Source: an uncultured delta proteobacterium
GTDB taxonomy: Bacteria > Myxococcota_A > UBA9160 > UBA6930
NCBI GenBank assembly: GCA_963716275.1
Contig: CAVQTC010000005.1
Location: 40,959-104,958, forward strand
DNA: 64,000 nucleotides
Direction of reading: 5' to 3'
Made by a program: the position numbers and the translations under genes
Notes under the pieces: generated by a model
Databases searched by the model: none
What the model was told of the DNA's origin: nothing
The model's input: the letters and a program-made list of their open reading frames with translations, nothing else
Shown here: positions 38,908 to 48,918 of the stretch, piece by piece
How the letters are laid out: every line of letters starts with the position of its first letter
How positions within the stretch are numbered: position 1 is the first letter of the stretch

Positions 38908-39941
38908 GCGTGGGCGACGTCGCCTCGCTGGAGAAGAGGATCCGCGACTACATCGCGGCGCGCTTCACGGCGCCGTCGCTCGAGCTGCGCTCGGCCGAGC
39001 GCATCTCGGTGGGCTGGTCGCACGAGACGTGGCTGCTCGAGGCCGGGTGGCGCGACGGCACACGCGAGCGCAGGGAGCGCCTTTGTCTGCGCCGCGATCC
39101 AGGCACTGCGCTCCTGCGCGAGCTCTCGACCCTCGCCACCCAATACCGCGTCTTGTGCTGCCTCGAGCGAACGGCGGTCCCGACGCCGCGGCCCCATTTC
39201 CTCGAGGAGGATGCGTCCCACCTCGGCGCCCCCTTCCTCGTGATGGAGTGGGTCGAAGGGGTCTGTCCAAGTCCCTGGAGTCGCGAGGGGCGCACCTTCT
39301 ACACCACCGCCGCAGCCCGCTGCGTCCTTCCGAACGACTTCACCGACGTGCTCGTGGGCCTCCACACCCTCGACTGGCGCGGCGCCGGGCTCTCGTTCCT
39401 GGGCGTTCCGCAGCCCGGCCGCGACTTTGCGCGCCGCGAGATCGCCAAGTGGCGCTCGCTCATCGAGGCATCAGAGATCGAGCCCGATCCCGTGTTGATC
39501 GACCTGCTTTGCTGGCTCGACGCGAACGCACCGGAGACGTCGCGACTATCCCTCGTGCACGGCGCCTACCGCACGGGGAACTTCCTCGTCCGCGACGATC
39601 GCATCACGGCCCTGCTCGACTGGGAGACGGCCGCGATCGGCGATCCCATGTACGACGTGGCCTACGTGCTATCGGATCTGAATCGCGAGGGAACCGACCT
39701 GCTCTCGAACCTCGTCGAGCGTGAGGCCTTCGTCCGACGCTACGAGGCCGGAACCGGGCTCTCGATCGACGAAGCCGCGTGTCGTTACTACGAGCTGCTT
39801 TACGCGATGCGGACCGCGGCGTTCTGGATGAGCGCCACCGGCCTCTACCGTACGGGCCGAAATCGCGACCTGCGCCTTGCGCGCACGGCGTGGTCGATTC
39901 CGGTGGTGCTCGACCGGGCGGCACGGCTGCTCGGCTACTGA
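38904..39941 (+). CDS. APH-like phosphotransferase family protein
   Basis: Starts at GTG 38904 (GTGA overlap). It is 345 aa and contains LVHGAYRTGNFLV and LLDWE. Confidence 0.75.
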   Translation: MSVGDVASLEKRIRDYIAARFTAPSLELRSAERISVGWSHETWLLEAGWRDGTRERRERLCLRRDPGTALLRELSTLATQYRVLCCLERTAVPTPRPHFLEEDASHLGAPFLVMEWVEGVCPSPWSREGRTFYTTAAARCVLPNDFTDVLVGLHTLDWRGAGLSFLGVPQPGRDFARREIAKWRSLIEASEIEPDPVLIDLLCWLDANAPETSRLSLVHGAYRTGNFLVRDDRITALLDWETAAIGDPMYDVAYVLSDLNREGTDLLSNLVEREAFVRRYEAGTGLSIDEAACRYYELLYAMRTAAFWMSATGLYRTGRNRDLRLARTAWSIPVVLDRAARLLGY

Positions 39942-39949
39942 GGCACGGC

Positions 39950-40921
39950 ATGCCGCAAGAGCAAACGGACACGCGCTCTCCCGTCTTCTCGCCCGAGGAC
40001 GATGCGTTTCACTTTCAGACGCTGAGCGGAGACTGGTGGGAGACGGAGACGGCCTGGTTCTCCTTCCATCACCCGGAGCGCCGGCTGGGCGGTTGGCTCT
40101 ACACGATGGTGCGCCCCAACATCGGGACCGTCGCCGGGGGCGCGTGGCTCTGGGACGCGGGCGCCTGGCTCCCTTGGGAGGCGCTCTACTCGGCCAACTA
40201 CTCGGCGCTGCCGTTCCCGCGCGGCGCCGATCTGCGAGACATCCAGCTGCCGACCGGCGTGTCGATGCGCGTGACCGACCCAACGCGCTGCTATGAGCTC
40301 GGCTACTCCGATGGAGAGCGACTCCAGGCCAGGCTGCGCTTCGCGGGCGTGATGCCGCCCGAGCCGCTCGCGACCGTGGGCTCGACGTTTGGCTCCGCGC
40401 GCCATTTCGACCAGCTCGGCCGGGTGACCGGTGAGCTCGCGCTGCACGGCGAGCGGATCGCGATCGATTGTCTCGCGATGCGCGATCGCACGTGGGGGCG
40501 CAGGCCGGAAGACCGCCCGCGCAAGGCGGCCTACGTGACTGGCGCCGCGACGGAAGACCACGCCTTCCTGGCCGTTACGAGCTCGGTGAACGAACGCGAA
40601 GCCATCGCCTACGGCTTCCTGCGTCGCGACGGCCGAACCGTGGGCCTCGCGCGCGGCGAGCGCCACGTGGTCCGGGATCCCGCCCAGGGCTGGGTTCGGA
40701 GCGTACGAATCGAGGCCTGGGACCTGGAGGGTCGTCGGCTCGTTGCGGTGGGCGAGCCGGTGAGCCGCCTGATCATCAACCGCCACACCTTCATCGACAT
40801 CAACAGCCTGGTGCGTTGGAACCTGGGCGGCGAGACCGGCTGGGGCGAAGACCAGGACATGTGGCCCGTCCACGCATTCGCCGCCTCCCGGCGCGCCGCT
40901 AGCGTGAACGCGAATGGCTGA
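39950..40921 (+). CDS. Conserved hypothetical protein
   Basis: Starts at ATG 39950 and is 323 aa, inside ORF 39779..40921. It is Trp-rich (WWETETAWFSFHHPERRLGGWLYTMVRP). I recognised no catalytic motif. Confidence 0.55.
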   Translation: MPQEQTDTRSPVFSPEDDAFHFQTLSGDWWETETAWFSFHHPERRLGGWLYTMVRPNIGTVAGGAWLWDAGAWLPWEALYSANYSALPFPRGADLRDIQLPTGVSMRVTDPTRCYELGYSDGERLQARLRFAGVMPPEPLATVGSTFGSARHFDQLGRVTGELALHGERIAIDCLAMRDRTWGRRPEDRPRKAAYVTGAATEDHAFLAVTSSVNEREAIAYGFLRRDGRTVGLARGERHVVRDPAQGWVRSVRIEAWDLEGRRLVAVGEPVSRLIINRHTFIDINSLVRWNLGGETGWGEDQDMWPVHAFAASRRAASVNANG

Positions 40922-41858
40922 GTTTCGCCTACCGAGCTTCGATGAGCTGCCGGAGCTGCCGGGAATCGGCCTCCGTCACGCGTGGAATGTGTTCGGCCCG
41001 GACGATGCGCTCGGCACCGTCAACTTGATCACGCCGGAGCGTGTCGTCGCCGCGGCGCGCTGCATCTCGACGGGCGAGCGAATCTCGCTCGACCTGCCGC
41101 TGAACCTTCCGGATCCTCCGCTCTTCGGCCGCGCGCCATACCAGCACTCGGTCGTCGCGCTCAACCGCAACGAGATGGACGATCGCGTCGACTCCTTCCA
41201 CTTGCAGGGCTCGACGCAGTGGGACGCGCTCAATCACGTGCGCTGCCGTGAGCACGGCTACTGGGGCGGGCGCACACAGGATCCGACCGAAGGGCCGAAC
41301 GGCCTCGGCATCGAGCAGTACGCATCCCACGGCATCGCCGGCCGTGGCGTGCTCCTCGACGTGGCGGGCTGGCAGGACGCGCGCGGTCGCGGCTACGACG
41401 CCTTCGCGCCGATCGCGATCACGGCCGCCGATCTCGAGGCGGTCGCTCGAGCCCAGGACGTGGGTCTCGAGATCGGCGACATCCTCTGCATCCGGACCGG
41501 CTGGACGCGCGCCTACCGCCGGCTCGACGCGCGGCGGCGGGCCGACCATGCGCGGGCCCCCAGCTTTGCCGGCCTGCACGCTGGTGAGGCCATGGCGCGC
41601 TTCCTGTGGGACTCCCATCCCGCGGCGCTCTGCTGCGACAACCCGGCGATCGAGGTGGTGCCCGGCGACCCCGCGGTGGGCTCGCTGCATCGGCGGCTGC
41701 TTCCCACGCTGGGGATGGCGCTCGGCGAGCTCTTCGACTTCGAGCCGCTCGCCGAACGCTGCCGTGCCGACGGCCGCTGGACCTTCTTCTTCGTCGCCGT
41801 GCCGCTCAAGCTACCGGGCGGAGTCGGCTCGCCCGGCAACGCCGTCGCGATCCGCTGA
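40914..41858 (+). CDS. Cyclase-family protein (kynurenine-formamidase-like fold)
   Basis: Intact 314-aa ORF that overlaps the upstream stop by 8 nt. It contains FHLQGSTQWDALNHV. Confidence 0.65.
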   Translation: MAEFRLPSFDELPELPGIGLRHAWNVFGPDDALGTVNLITPERVVAAARCISTGERISLDLPLNLPDPPLFGRAPYQHSVVALNRNEMDDRVDSFHLQGSTQWDALNHVRCREHGYWGGRTQDPTEGPNGLGIEQYASHGIAGRGVLLDVAGWQDARGRGYDAFAPIAITAADLEAVARAQDVGLEIGDILCIRTGWTRAYRRLDARRRADHARAPSFAGLHAGEAMARFLWDSHPAALCCDNPAIEVVPGDPAVGSLHRRLLPTLGMALGELFDFEPLAERCRADGRWTFFFVAVPLKLPGGVGSPGNAVAIR

Positions 41859-41861
41859 GCC

Positions 41862-41975
41862 CTACGCCGTCAGCTCGACGAACGAGCTTTCCGAAGTGTC
41901 GCTGCTTCGCGAGGTGCGTGAACGCTTCCTGGGCCGCCCCGAAGGCGAAGGTCCAACGGCTACGAGATCGCGGTC
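41862..41975 (-). pseudogene. Possible C-terminal relic of an MDR/quinone-oxidoreductase gene
   Basis: The reverse-complement reading gives ...RWTFAFGAAQEAFTHLAKQRHFGKLV, and a 1-nt shift then gives VELTA-stop (TAG from 41862-41864). This resembles the usual MDR C-terminus. There is no upstream body, because the sequence abuts the stop of the dehydratase gene. Confidence 0.3.
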
Positions 41976-41979
41976 GCTT

Positions 41980-43143
41980 TCAAGCCGCGCGCACGCGCCG
42001 CGCCGCGGGAGACACGCCGGCGCGCTCGCGCGAGGGCAGCGCGAGCGTCGCGTCGCCTGGCATCACGTCCTCGCCGCGTTGGTTGCGCGCCCAGGTCGAG
42101 ACCTCGACGCAGGCCTCGCCGTCGTCGCTCACGAACTTGCGACGCACGCTGCCACCGAGTCGCACCACGTCCGCGTGGTAGACGAACTTGCGGTACTGCG
42201 CGCTCGCCCGCCGGATCCAGCCGTCGTCGCCGATCCAGTTGGTGAGCAATTGGAGGTGCCAGCACTGGCGCTGGAAGCCGACGTCGTAGGCCTCGGGCAC
42301 GGCCATCGCGTTCGCAGCGTTGCGGTTGTAGTGGACCGAGTAGATCGGCTCGAGCGCCATGGTCGTCGGGTCGCGAAACGCCCACGCCGGATGCTTCTCG
42401 TACGCGAGGAGGGCGCTGCGATGCGCCGTCAGGCGGGGGATCGGCGCGCCGCCGCCCGCGACGAACGCGATCTCGTCGGTGAGGCCGATGGGACCCTTCG
42501 TGAGCGGCGAGAGCTCGTCGCCCTCCTGCACGTCCTCGAACCAGCGCGGCTCGGCACCGCGCGGCGCTTGGGCGAGCACCTCCGCATCGATCGAGGCGGC
42601 TTCGTCCGGGCTCCAGCGCTGCGGCAGCGAGCTCCCCTTCGTTGCCGAGCGGCGCTGCTTGGCTGCGCCGCGCTCGAAGTTGATGACCGCCCAGCGGATC
42701 GTCGCGACCAGCTCGCCGCGCTGGTTCTCGTAGCGGTTGAGAAAGCGGTCGATCACGATGAGCGGCGCGAAGTTGCTGGGCTTGGGGCCGTCGAAGCCCT
42801 CGTAGAGGCAGCTCGCGCGGATTACGTCGCCGCGCAGGACGGGCAGGTGGAGCTCGAGGTCGCTCTCGGAGTGGAAGGAGCCGAGCCCGGGCCAGCCGAA
42901 CTGGAGGCCCGAGAAGCAGCCGATCACGAAGCTCGGCGGAGCAGCCTGTCGCCCGAAACAGGTGCGCTCGGCGTAGTTCGGGTCGCACCAGAGCGGGTTC
43001 GCGTCGCCGATCCCGCCGGCGAACTTGAGGATCGCAAGCCGCGTCGCCTCCTCGTTGAAGACCGAGTGGTCGATGCGCAGCTGCGCGCCGATCTTCTTGC
43101 GCATCTCGGCGATCATCTCGTCCGAGATGCAGGCTTCCTCCAT
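41980..43143 (-). CDS. MaoC/FAS1-like double hot-dog acyl dehydratase
   Basis: 387 aa from ATG 43141-43143 (MEEACISDEMIAEMRKKIG...), inside ORF 41980..44169. Confidence 0.7.
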   Translation of the reverse strand: MEEACISDEMIAEMRKKIGAQLRIDHSVFNEEATRLAILKFAGGIGDANPLWCDPNYAERTCFGRQAAPPSFVIGCFSGLQFGWPGLGSFHSESDLELHLPVLRGDVIRASCLYEGFDGPKPSNFAPLIVIDRFLNRYENQRGELVATIRWAVINFERGAAKQRRSATKGSSLPQRWSPDEAASIDAEVLAQAPRGAEPRWFEDVQEGDELSPLTKGPIGLTDEIAFVAGGGAPIPRLTAHRSALLAYEKHPAWAFRDPTTMALEPIYSVHYNRNAANAMAVPEAYDVGFQRQCWHLQLLTNWIGDDGWIRRASAQYRKFVYHADVVRLGGSVRRKFVSDDGEACVEVSTWARNQRGEDVMPGDATLALPSRERAGVSPAARRVRAA

Positions 43144-43169
43144 CCTCGCTTCACCGGCCACGTCGCCTC

Positions 43170-44312
43170 CTAGAGCGCGGCGTAAAGCGCCTTCGTGAGC
43201 GCGTGCGTGCGCCGGTCGCCGACGATCGCATCGCCGCGCATCTGGTTCATGGCGAAGCCGATCGAGACGCGGGCATCGAGGTCGGCCACGACGAGCGAGC
43301 CGCCCCAGCCGCCCCAGAAGCACGAGCGCGGGTTGGGCGAGAACGGGAACATCTCGCTCATGCGCGCGTAGCCGAGCCCGAAGCGGATCGGCACGCCGAT
43401 CACGAGATCCACCCCGTCGGTCTGCACCTCGAGCACCGACTCGCAGGTCGCCGGCGAGAACAGGCGCTTCCCGCGCGCCGAGCCGCCGCACGCCAGCGGC
43501 GCATGCGCCAGCGCCATTGCGCGCGCGTTGCCGTGCCCGTTCGCGGCGGGAATCTCGGCGCGTCGCCAGCCGGCGTGCCGGGTCCACGCCGGGTCGACCA
43601 TGCCGCGCGCGAAGGTACGCGCCGCGATCGAGTCCGGGGGCGGGACGGGTGCGTTTGGATCGGGCGCATAGGGAATCAGCTCGGCGACGCGCGGGAAGTG
43701 CACCGGATCGAGGCCGATGTGGAAGTCCGCGCCGAGGGGCTCTGCGATCTCCTTGCGGAAGAAGCTGCCGAGCGACTCGCCGGTCGCGCGCCGCACCACC
43801 TCGCCGATCAGGTGCCCCTGGATCAGCGCGTGGTAGCCGCTCGCGGTGCCCGGCTCCCACCACGGCGCCTGCGCTGCGAGCATCCCGCACAGGCGGTCCC
43901 AGTCGTACAGAAGCTCCTCGGTGAGAGGGGCCTCCTGCGCGGGGACGCCCGCCGAATGGCTCAGGAGATGGCGGATCTCGACGCGCTCCTTTCCGTTCGC
44001 CGCGAACTCGGGCCAGTAGCGCGCGACCGGAGCGCGCAGGTCCAGCACCCCGCGGTCCGCGAGCACGAGGGCGCACAGAAAGGACATCGTCTTCGTGGAC
44101 GAGAAGACGTTCACGATCGTGTCGCGCTCCCAGGGCCGTGTGCGCGCTGCGTCGGCGAAGCCGCCCCAAAGGTCGATGGCGAGATCGCCGTCGATCGTGA
44201 CTGCGAACGACGCGCCCACGTCGTCCGAGGCGAGGTTTCGTGCAAAGGCGTCGCGCACGGCCGCGAAGCGCGGGGGGCAGACGCCGTGGACGGGGAGGTC
44301 GGGGTGGGTCAC
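43170..44312 (-). CDS. Serine hydrolase, beta-lactamase/esterase (class C-like) family
   Basis: 380 aa from GTG 44310-44312, preceded by AAGGAG with 7-nt spacing. It has the SxxK motif FSSTKTM. Confidence 0.8.
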   Translation of the reverse strand: MTHPDLPVHGVCPPRFAAVRDAFARNLASDDVGASFAVTIDGDLAIDLWGGFADAARTRPWERDTIVNVFSSTKTMSFLCALVLADRGVLDLRAPVARYWPEFAANGKERVEIRHLLSHSAGVPAQEAPLTEELLYDWDRLCGMLAAQAPWWEPGTASGYHALIQGHLIGEVVRRATGESLGSFFRKEIAEPLGADFHIGLDPVHFPRVAELIPYAPDPNAPVPPPDSIAARTFARGMVDPAWTRHAGWRRAEIPAANGHGNARAMALAHAPLACGGSARGKRLFSPATCESVLEVQTDGVDLVIGVPIRFGLGYARMSEMFPFSPNPRSCFWGGWGGSLVVADLDARVSIGFAMNQMRGDAIVGDRRTHALTKALYAAL

Positions 44313-44460
44313 CAGCGCGCTCCTTGACCCGCGGGGGGTCCGGTGGGGCCGTAAAATCACTTTCTCGCCAATTCTACACTGTAGTTCGCGTAAAAAATAC
44401 TGTATTATTCTGCGCGTATTGATTCCATCCACCCTCGTCCAACGAGACAGGAGACCCCGC
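44313..44460. promoter_or_regulatory. Divergent AT-rich control region (serine hydrolase and amidohydrolase pair)
   Basis: It contains GTTCGCGTAA (44384-44393) and TTCTGCGCGTAT (44408-44419). TACACTGTA and ATACTGTAT repeats lie about 21 nt apart. Confidence 0.4.
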
Positions 44461-46232
44461 ATGCCCCAGTTCGACACCGTGATCCGTGGTGGGACCGTAA
44501 TCGACGGAACGCGTCTCCCGCGCGTTCGTGCGGACGTCGGCATTCGCCGCGGTCGCGTCGCGAAGATCGGCCGCATCGCCGCAGGCGAGGGCGCGCGCGA
44601 GATCGACGCGACCGGGCTGATCGTCGCGCCTGGCTTCGTCGATCTGCACACCCACTACGACGCGCAGATCCATTGGGATCCCGTACTGCACGATCTCGGG
44701 CTGGCACGGCGTCACGTCGGTGGTGCTCGGCAACTGCGGCTTCGGCTTCGCGCCGGTGAAGCCCGCGGATCGCGAGCGATCCCTGCTCATGATGACTCGC
44801 ACGGAACAGATCCCCTACGAGTCGATGAAGGCGGGCATGCCGTGGAGCTGGGAGACCTTCCCGGAATGGCTCGACACCCTCGAGCGGCTGCCCAAGGGCG
44901 TGAACGTGGTGAGCTACGTGCCGGTCTCGCCGCTCATGGTCTACGTGATGGGCCTCGAGGCTGCGAAGAGCCGCCCCGCGACGAAGGCCGAGCAGCGCGA
45001 GATGCAGCGCTTGCTCGACGAGGCGATGGACGCAGGCGCCTGCGGCTTCTCGATCCAGCGCCTCGGCAAGCACTCGCTCCAGGCGGACTACGACGGGACG
45101 CCGATGCCGACCGACTGCATGGCGGACGAGGACATCCTGGTGCTCGCCGACGTGCTGCGCCGGCGCGACGAGGGCTTCATCCAGATCACGCAGGCCGAGG
45201 GCGGCGACCCGGTGCGCTCGGGCGACGCCATCAAGAGCCGCGATCGCCACTTCCTGGAGGCGCTCGCGGAGCGCGCGCAGCGACCCGATCCTGCACAATG
45301 CGATCGCCGCGATCGACGACCGCCCGCAGTTCCACAAGAGCGAGCTCGCCTGGGTGCACGATTGCAACGAGCGCGGCCTGCGCATCTACGGCCAGGGCGC
45401 GAACGTGCGCACCTGGTTCGCGTTCACGCTGGAGCTCTGGAACCTCTACGACTACAGCCCGGCCTGGAACCAGGCGACGCAGGGCACGCTCGAGGAGAAG
45501 CAGCGCAAGTTCTCGGATCCGGCGCTGCGCGAGCAGTTGCGCAACGAGGAGCCCATGCTCGCGTCGATCGGCGAGCAGACGCGCCCGGGCAATCTCACGA
45601 TCACGAAGGTCCCCGGACACCCGGAGCTCGAGAAGTACGTCGGCCGCATGGTGAAGGACATCGCGGCCGAGCAAGGCAAGCACGTGGTGGACGCGATGCT
45701 CGACATCGCGGTGGCGGGCGATCTGCGCGTCGAGTTCCGAGGCGGCGACGCGACGAGCTCGAACCCGGACATGGTGGGCGAGGTGATGCGCGACCCGTAC
45801 GTGATCGCCGGCGTCTCGGATGGCGGCGCGCACACGAAGTTCTTCACGGGCGGCTCCTTCACGACGGACTTCCTCACCTGGCTCGTGCGCGACACCAAGC
45901 AGCTCACGCTCGAGGAGGCGCACTACCACCTGAGCTATCTGCCCGCGCAGGCGGCGGGCTTCGTCGATCGCGGCTTCCTGCGCGAGGGCGCGCCGGCGGA
46001 CATCGTGGTCTACGACCTCGCCAACCTGAAGCGCACGCCGGAGTGGGACTACGAGATCGCCTACGACTTCCCGGCGAACGAGTGGCGCCGCATCCAGCGC
46101 GCCGAGGGCTACCGCTACACGCTGGTGAACGGCGAAGTGACCTTCGAGGAAGGCAAGTGCACGGGGGCCACGCCGGGTCAGCTCCTGCGCAACGGGAAGA
46201 TCGGCGCGGCCTCGCTCGGCCGGGCCGCCTGA
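44461..46232 (+). pseudogene. D-aminoacylase-family amidohydrolase (paralog 2); two frame disruptions
   Basis: MPQFDTVIRGG...PGFVDLHTHYDAQIHWDP is in ORF 44095..45654. The middle part is in ORF 44720..48208 (VVLGNCGFGFAP). The C-terminal part is in ORF 45354..46232 (GVSDGGAHTK). The shifts lie near 44683 and 45280, and the span is 3n+2. Confidence 0.78.
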
Positions 46233-46303
46233 GGTTCGCCCGCGCCGCTGGTTGTCCCTCCAGCGGCGCGGGCGGCCTCGATCGCGAACCATCGGAGGTC
46301 CCC

Positions 46304-48065
46304 ATGCTCGATCTCGTGATCCGCAACGGTCGCATCGTCGACGGCACCGGTCGCCCCGCCTTCCACGGCGATGTGGGCGTAAAGGACGGCCGCATCACCG
46401 ACGTGGGGCCGAAGCTCGGCCTCGCGCGCGAGGCGATCGACGCGGCTGGGCGCCTCGTGACCCCCGGCTTCGTGGACGTGCACACCCACTACGACGGCCA
46501 GGCGACCTGGGATGGCGCGCTCGCGCCCTCCTTCTCGCACGGCGTCACCACGGTCGTGATGGGCAACTGTGGCGTCGGCTTCGCGCCCGTGCGGCCGGGC
46601 GAGGCCGCCAAGCGCGAGCTCATCGAGCTGATGGACGGGGTCGAGGACATCCCGGGCACGGCGCTCTGGGAGGGGCTCGACTGGCGCTGGGAGACCTTCC
46701 CGCAATACCTGGATCGCCTGGCCGAGGGCCGCTTCTCGATGGACGTGGGCACCCAGGTGCCGCACGGGCCGCTGCGTGCCTACGTGATGGGCGAGCGAGG
46801 CGTGAACCACGAGGCGGCCACCGCCGCCGACATCGGGGAGATGGCGCGCCTCGCGGCGGAGGGCATCCGCGCCGGCGCGCTCGCGTTCTCGACGTCGCGC
46901 ATCCTCGGCCACCAGTCCTTGAGTGGGTCGCCCGTGCCCGGAACCTTCGCGGCGAACGACGAGCTCCTCGGCATCGGCCGCGCGGTGGCGCGCGCGGGGG
47001 GCATCTTCGAGCTCGTGCCGGGCGGCTCCGTCGGCCAGGGCGGCTTCGCCCTGGGCAGCCACGAGGCGACGCTGCGAGCCGAGCTCGACTGGATGGAGCA
47101 GCTCTCGCGCGAGACGGGCATGCCGATCACGTACCTGCTCGTCGAGTTCCAGGAGGACCCGGACGCCTTCCGGAAGGCCCTGCGCTGGACCGAGCAAGCC
47201 AACGCGCGCGGAGCCAAGCTGCGCCCGCAGTCCGCGGGTCGGCCCGGCGGCGTCCTCACCGGCTTCCAGTCGAACCACCTGTTCCAGCGCCGTCCGAGCT
47301 ATCTCAAGGTGGCGAAGCTGCCGCTGGCCGAGCGTATCCGGGAGCTGCGCCGGCCCGAGCTGCGCGCGGCAATCCTCGCCGAGGCGGACGAGCCGCCGAG
47401 CTCGCGCGCGCTGATGGACAACCTCCATCTGATCTTCCAGCGCGGGATCGAGCAGATCTTCCCGCTCGGCGACCCGGTCGACTACGAGCCGCCGCCCGAG
47501 CGATCGGTTGCCGCGCAGGCACGGCGCGAGAGCGTCGACCCGGCCGCCCGCATCTACGACCTGATGCTCGAGCAGGACGGGCGCGCGATGCTGCTGCTCC
47601 CGACGCTGAACTTCATCCGCGGCAACCACGACGCGCTCTACGAGATGCTCACGCACCCCGACGTGATCCTCGGGCTGGCCGACGGCGGCGCCCACTGCGG
47701 GCTCATCTGCGACGCCTCCACGCCCACCTACATGCTCACGCACTGGGTGAAGGGTCGCAGCCGCGGCCCGCGCCTCGCGCTCGAGCATGCGGTCAAGAAG
47801 CAGACCTCGGAGACCGCGGCGCTCTACGGCCTCTCGCGACCGCGGCCGGGTCGCGCCGGGTCTGCGGGCCGACCTGAACGTGGTGGACCTCGACGCGCTT
47901 CACTTGCCGCCGCCCTACGTCGTGCGCGACCTTCCGGCCGGCGGACAGCGGATGATGCAGGATGCGCGCGGCTACGCGGCCACGATCGTCGCGGGCGTGG
48001 TCACGCGCCGCGGCGACGAGGACACCGGCGCGCGGCCGGGGCGGCTGATCCGCGGTCCGCGCTGA
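46304..48065 (+). pseudogene. D-aminoacylase-family amidohydrolase (paralog 3); one frame disruption
   Basis: Starts at ATG 46304 after GGAGG. MLDLVIRNGRIVDG...PGFVDVHTHYDGQ...GLADGGAHCG are in ORF 44720..48208. The last ~75 aa are in ORF 47787..48065. The shift lies near 47835, and the span is 3n+1. Confidence 0.8.
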
Positions 48066-48096
48066 CGAGCCGCGAGCCTTCGCGGGGAGGACGCCC

Positions 48097-48912
48097 ATGT
48101 TGCTCGAGGGGAAGACTGCGCTCGTCACCGGCGGCGCATCGGGCATCGGCCGCGCCACGGCGCGCACGTTCGCTCGCGAGGGCGCGCGCGTGTGCGTCGC
48201 GGATCTGAACGGCGAAGGCGCCGAGGCGACGGCGAAGGAGATCGCGAGCGCAGGCGGCGAGGCCTTCGCGCTCCGCATCGACGTCACCGACCCCGCCCAG
48301 AACGAGCGCATGGTGAGCGAGACGAGCCGCCGCTACGGGCGCCTCGACGTCGCCTTCCTGAACGCGGGCATCGCGGCGGTGTCCACGATCGTGAACGGCG
48401 ACCTCGACGCGTGGCACCGCGTGATCGCGGTGAACCTCACGGGCGTCTACCTGGGGCTGCGGGCGGTCGCGCCCGCGCTGATCGCCGCGGGCGGCGGCTC
48501 GATCGTGCTCACCGCGTCCGTCGCGGGCCTGCGCGGCAGCCGCGGCATGCCCTCCTACTTCGCGAGCAAGCACGGCGTCGTGGGGCTCGCGAAGGCGGGC
48601 GCCGCCGAGCTCGCTCCCCACCGCGTGCGCGTGAACGCCATCTGCCCCGGTGTGATCGACACGCCGATCCTCGGCCCGACGCACGCGGACCCGACCTTCA
48701 CCGAGGGCATCCTGGCGCACATGCACCCGCTGCGGCGCGTGGGCAAGCCCGAGGAGGTGGCCGATCTCGTGGCGTTCCTGGCGAGCGATCGCTCACGCTT
48801 CATCACGGGCCAGGTGCACGTGATCGATGGCGGCATGTCCCAGATCCTCGCCGAAGGCGAGGCCTTCCCGGCGCAACCCGTCCAGTTCTCCTCGCTGATG
48901 GAGGAGAAGTAG
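48097..48912 (+). CDS. SDR-family oxidoreductase
   Basis: Intact 271-aa ORF with VTGGASGIG, YFASKHG and PGVIDTP. Confidence 0.85.
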   Translation: MLLEGKTALVTGGASGIGRATARTFAREGARVCVADLNGEGAEATAKEIASAGGEAFALRIDVTDPAQNERMVSETSRRYGRLDVAFLNAGIAAVSTIVNGDLDAWHRVIAVNLTGVYLGLRAVAPALIAAGGGSIVLTASVAGLRGSRGMPSYFASKHGVVGLAKAGAAELAPHRVRVNAICPGVIDTPILGPTHADPTFTEGILAHMHPLRRVGKPEEVADLVAFLASDRSRFITGQVHVIDGGMSQILAEGEAFPAQPVQFSSLMEEK

Positions 48913-48918
48913 ACCTCG

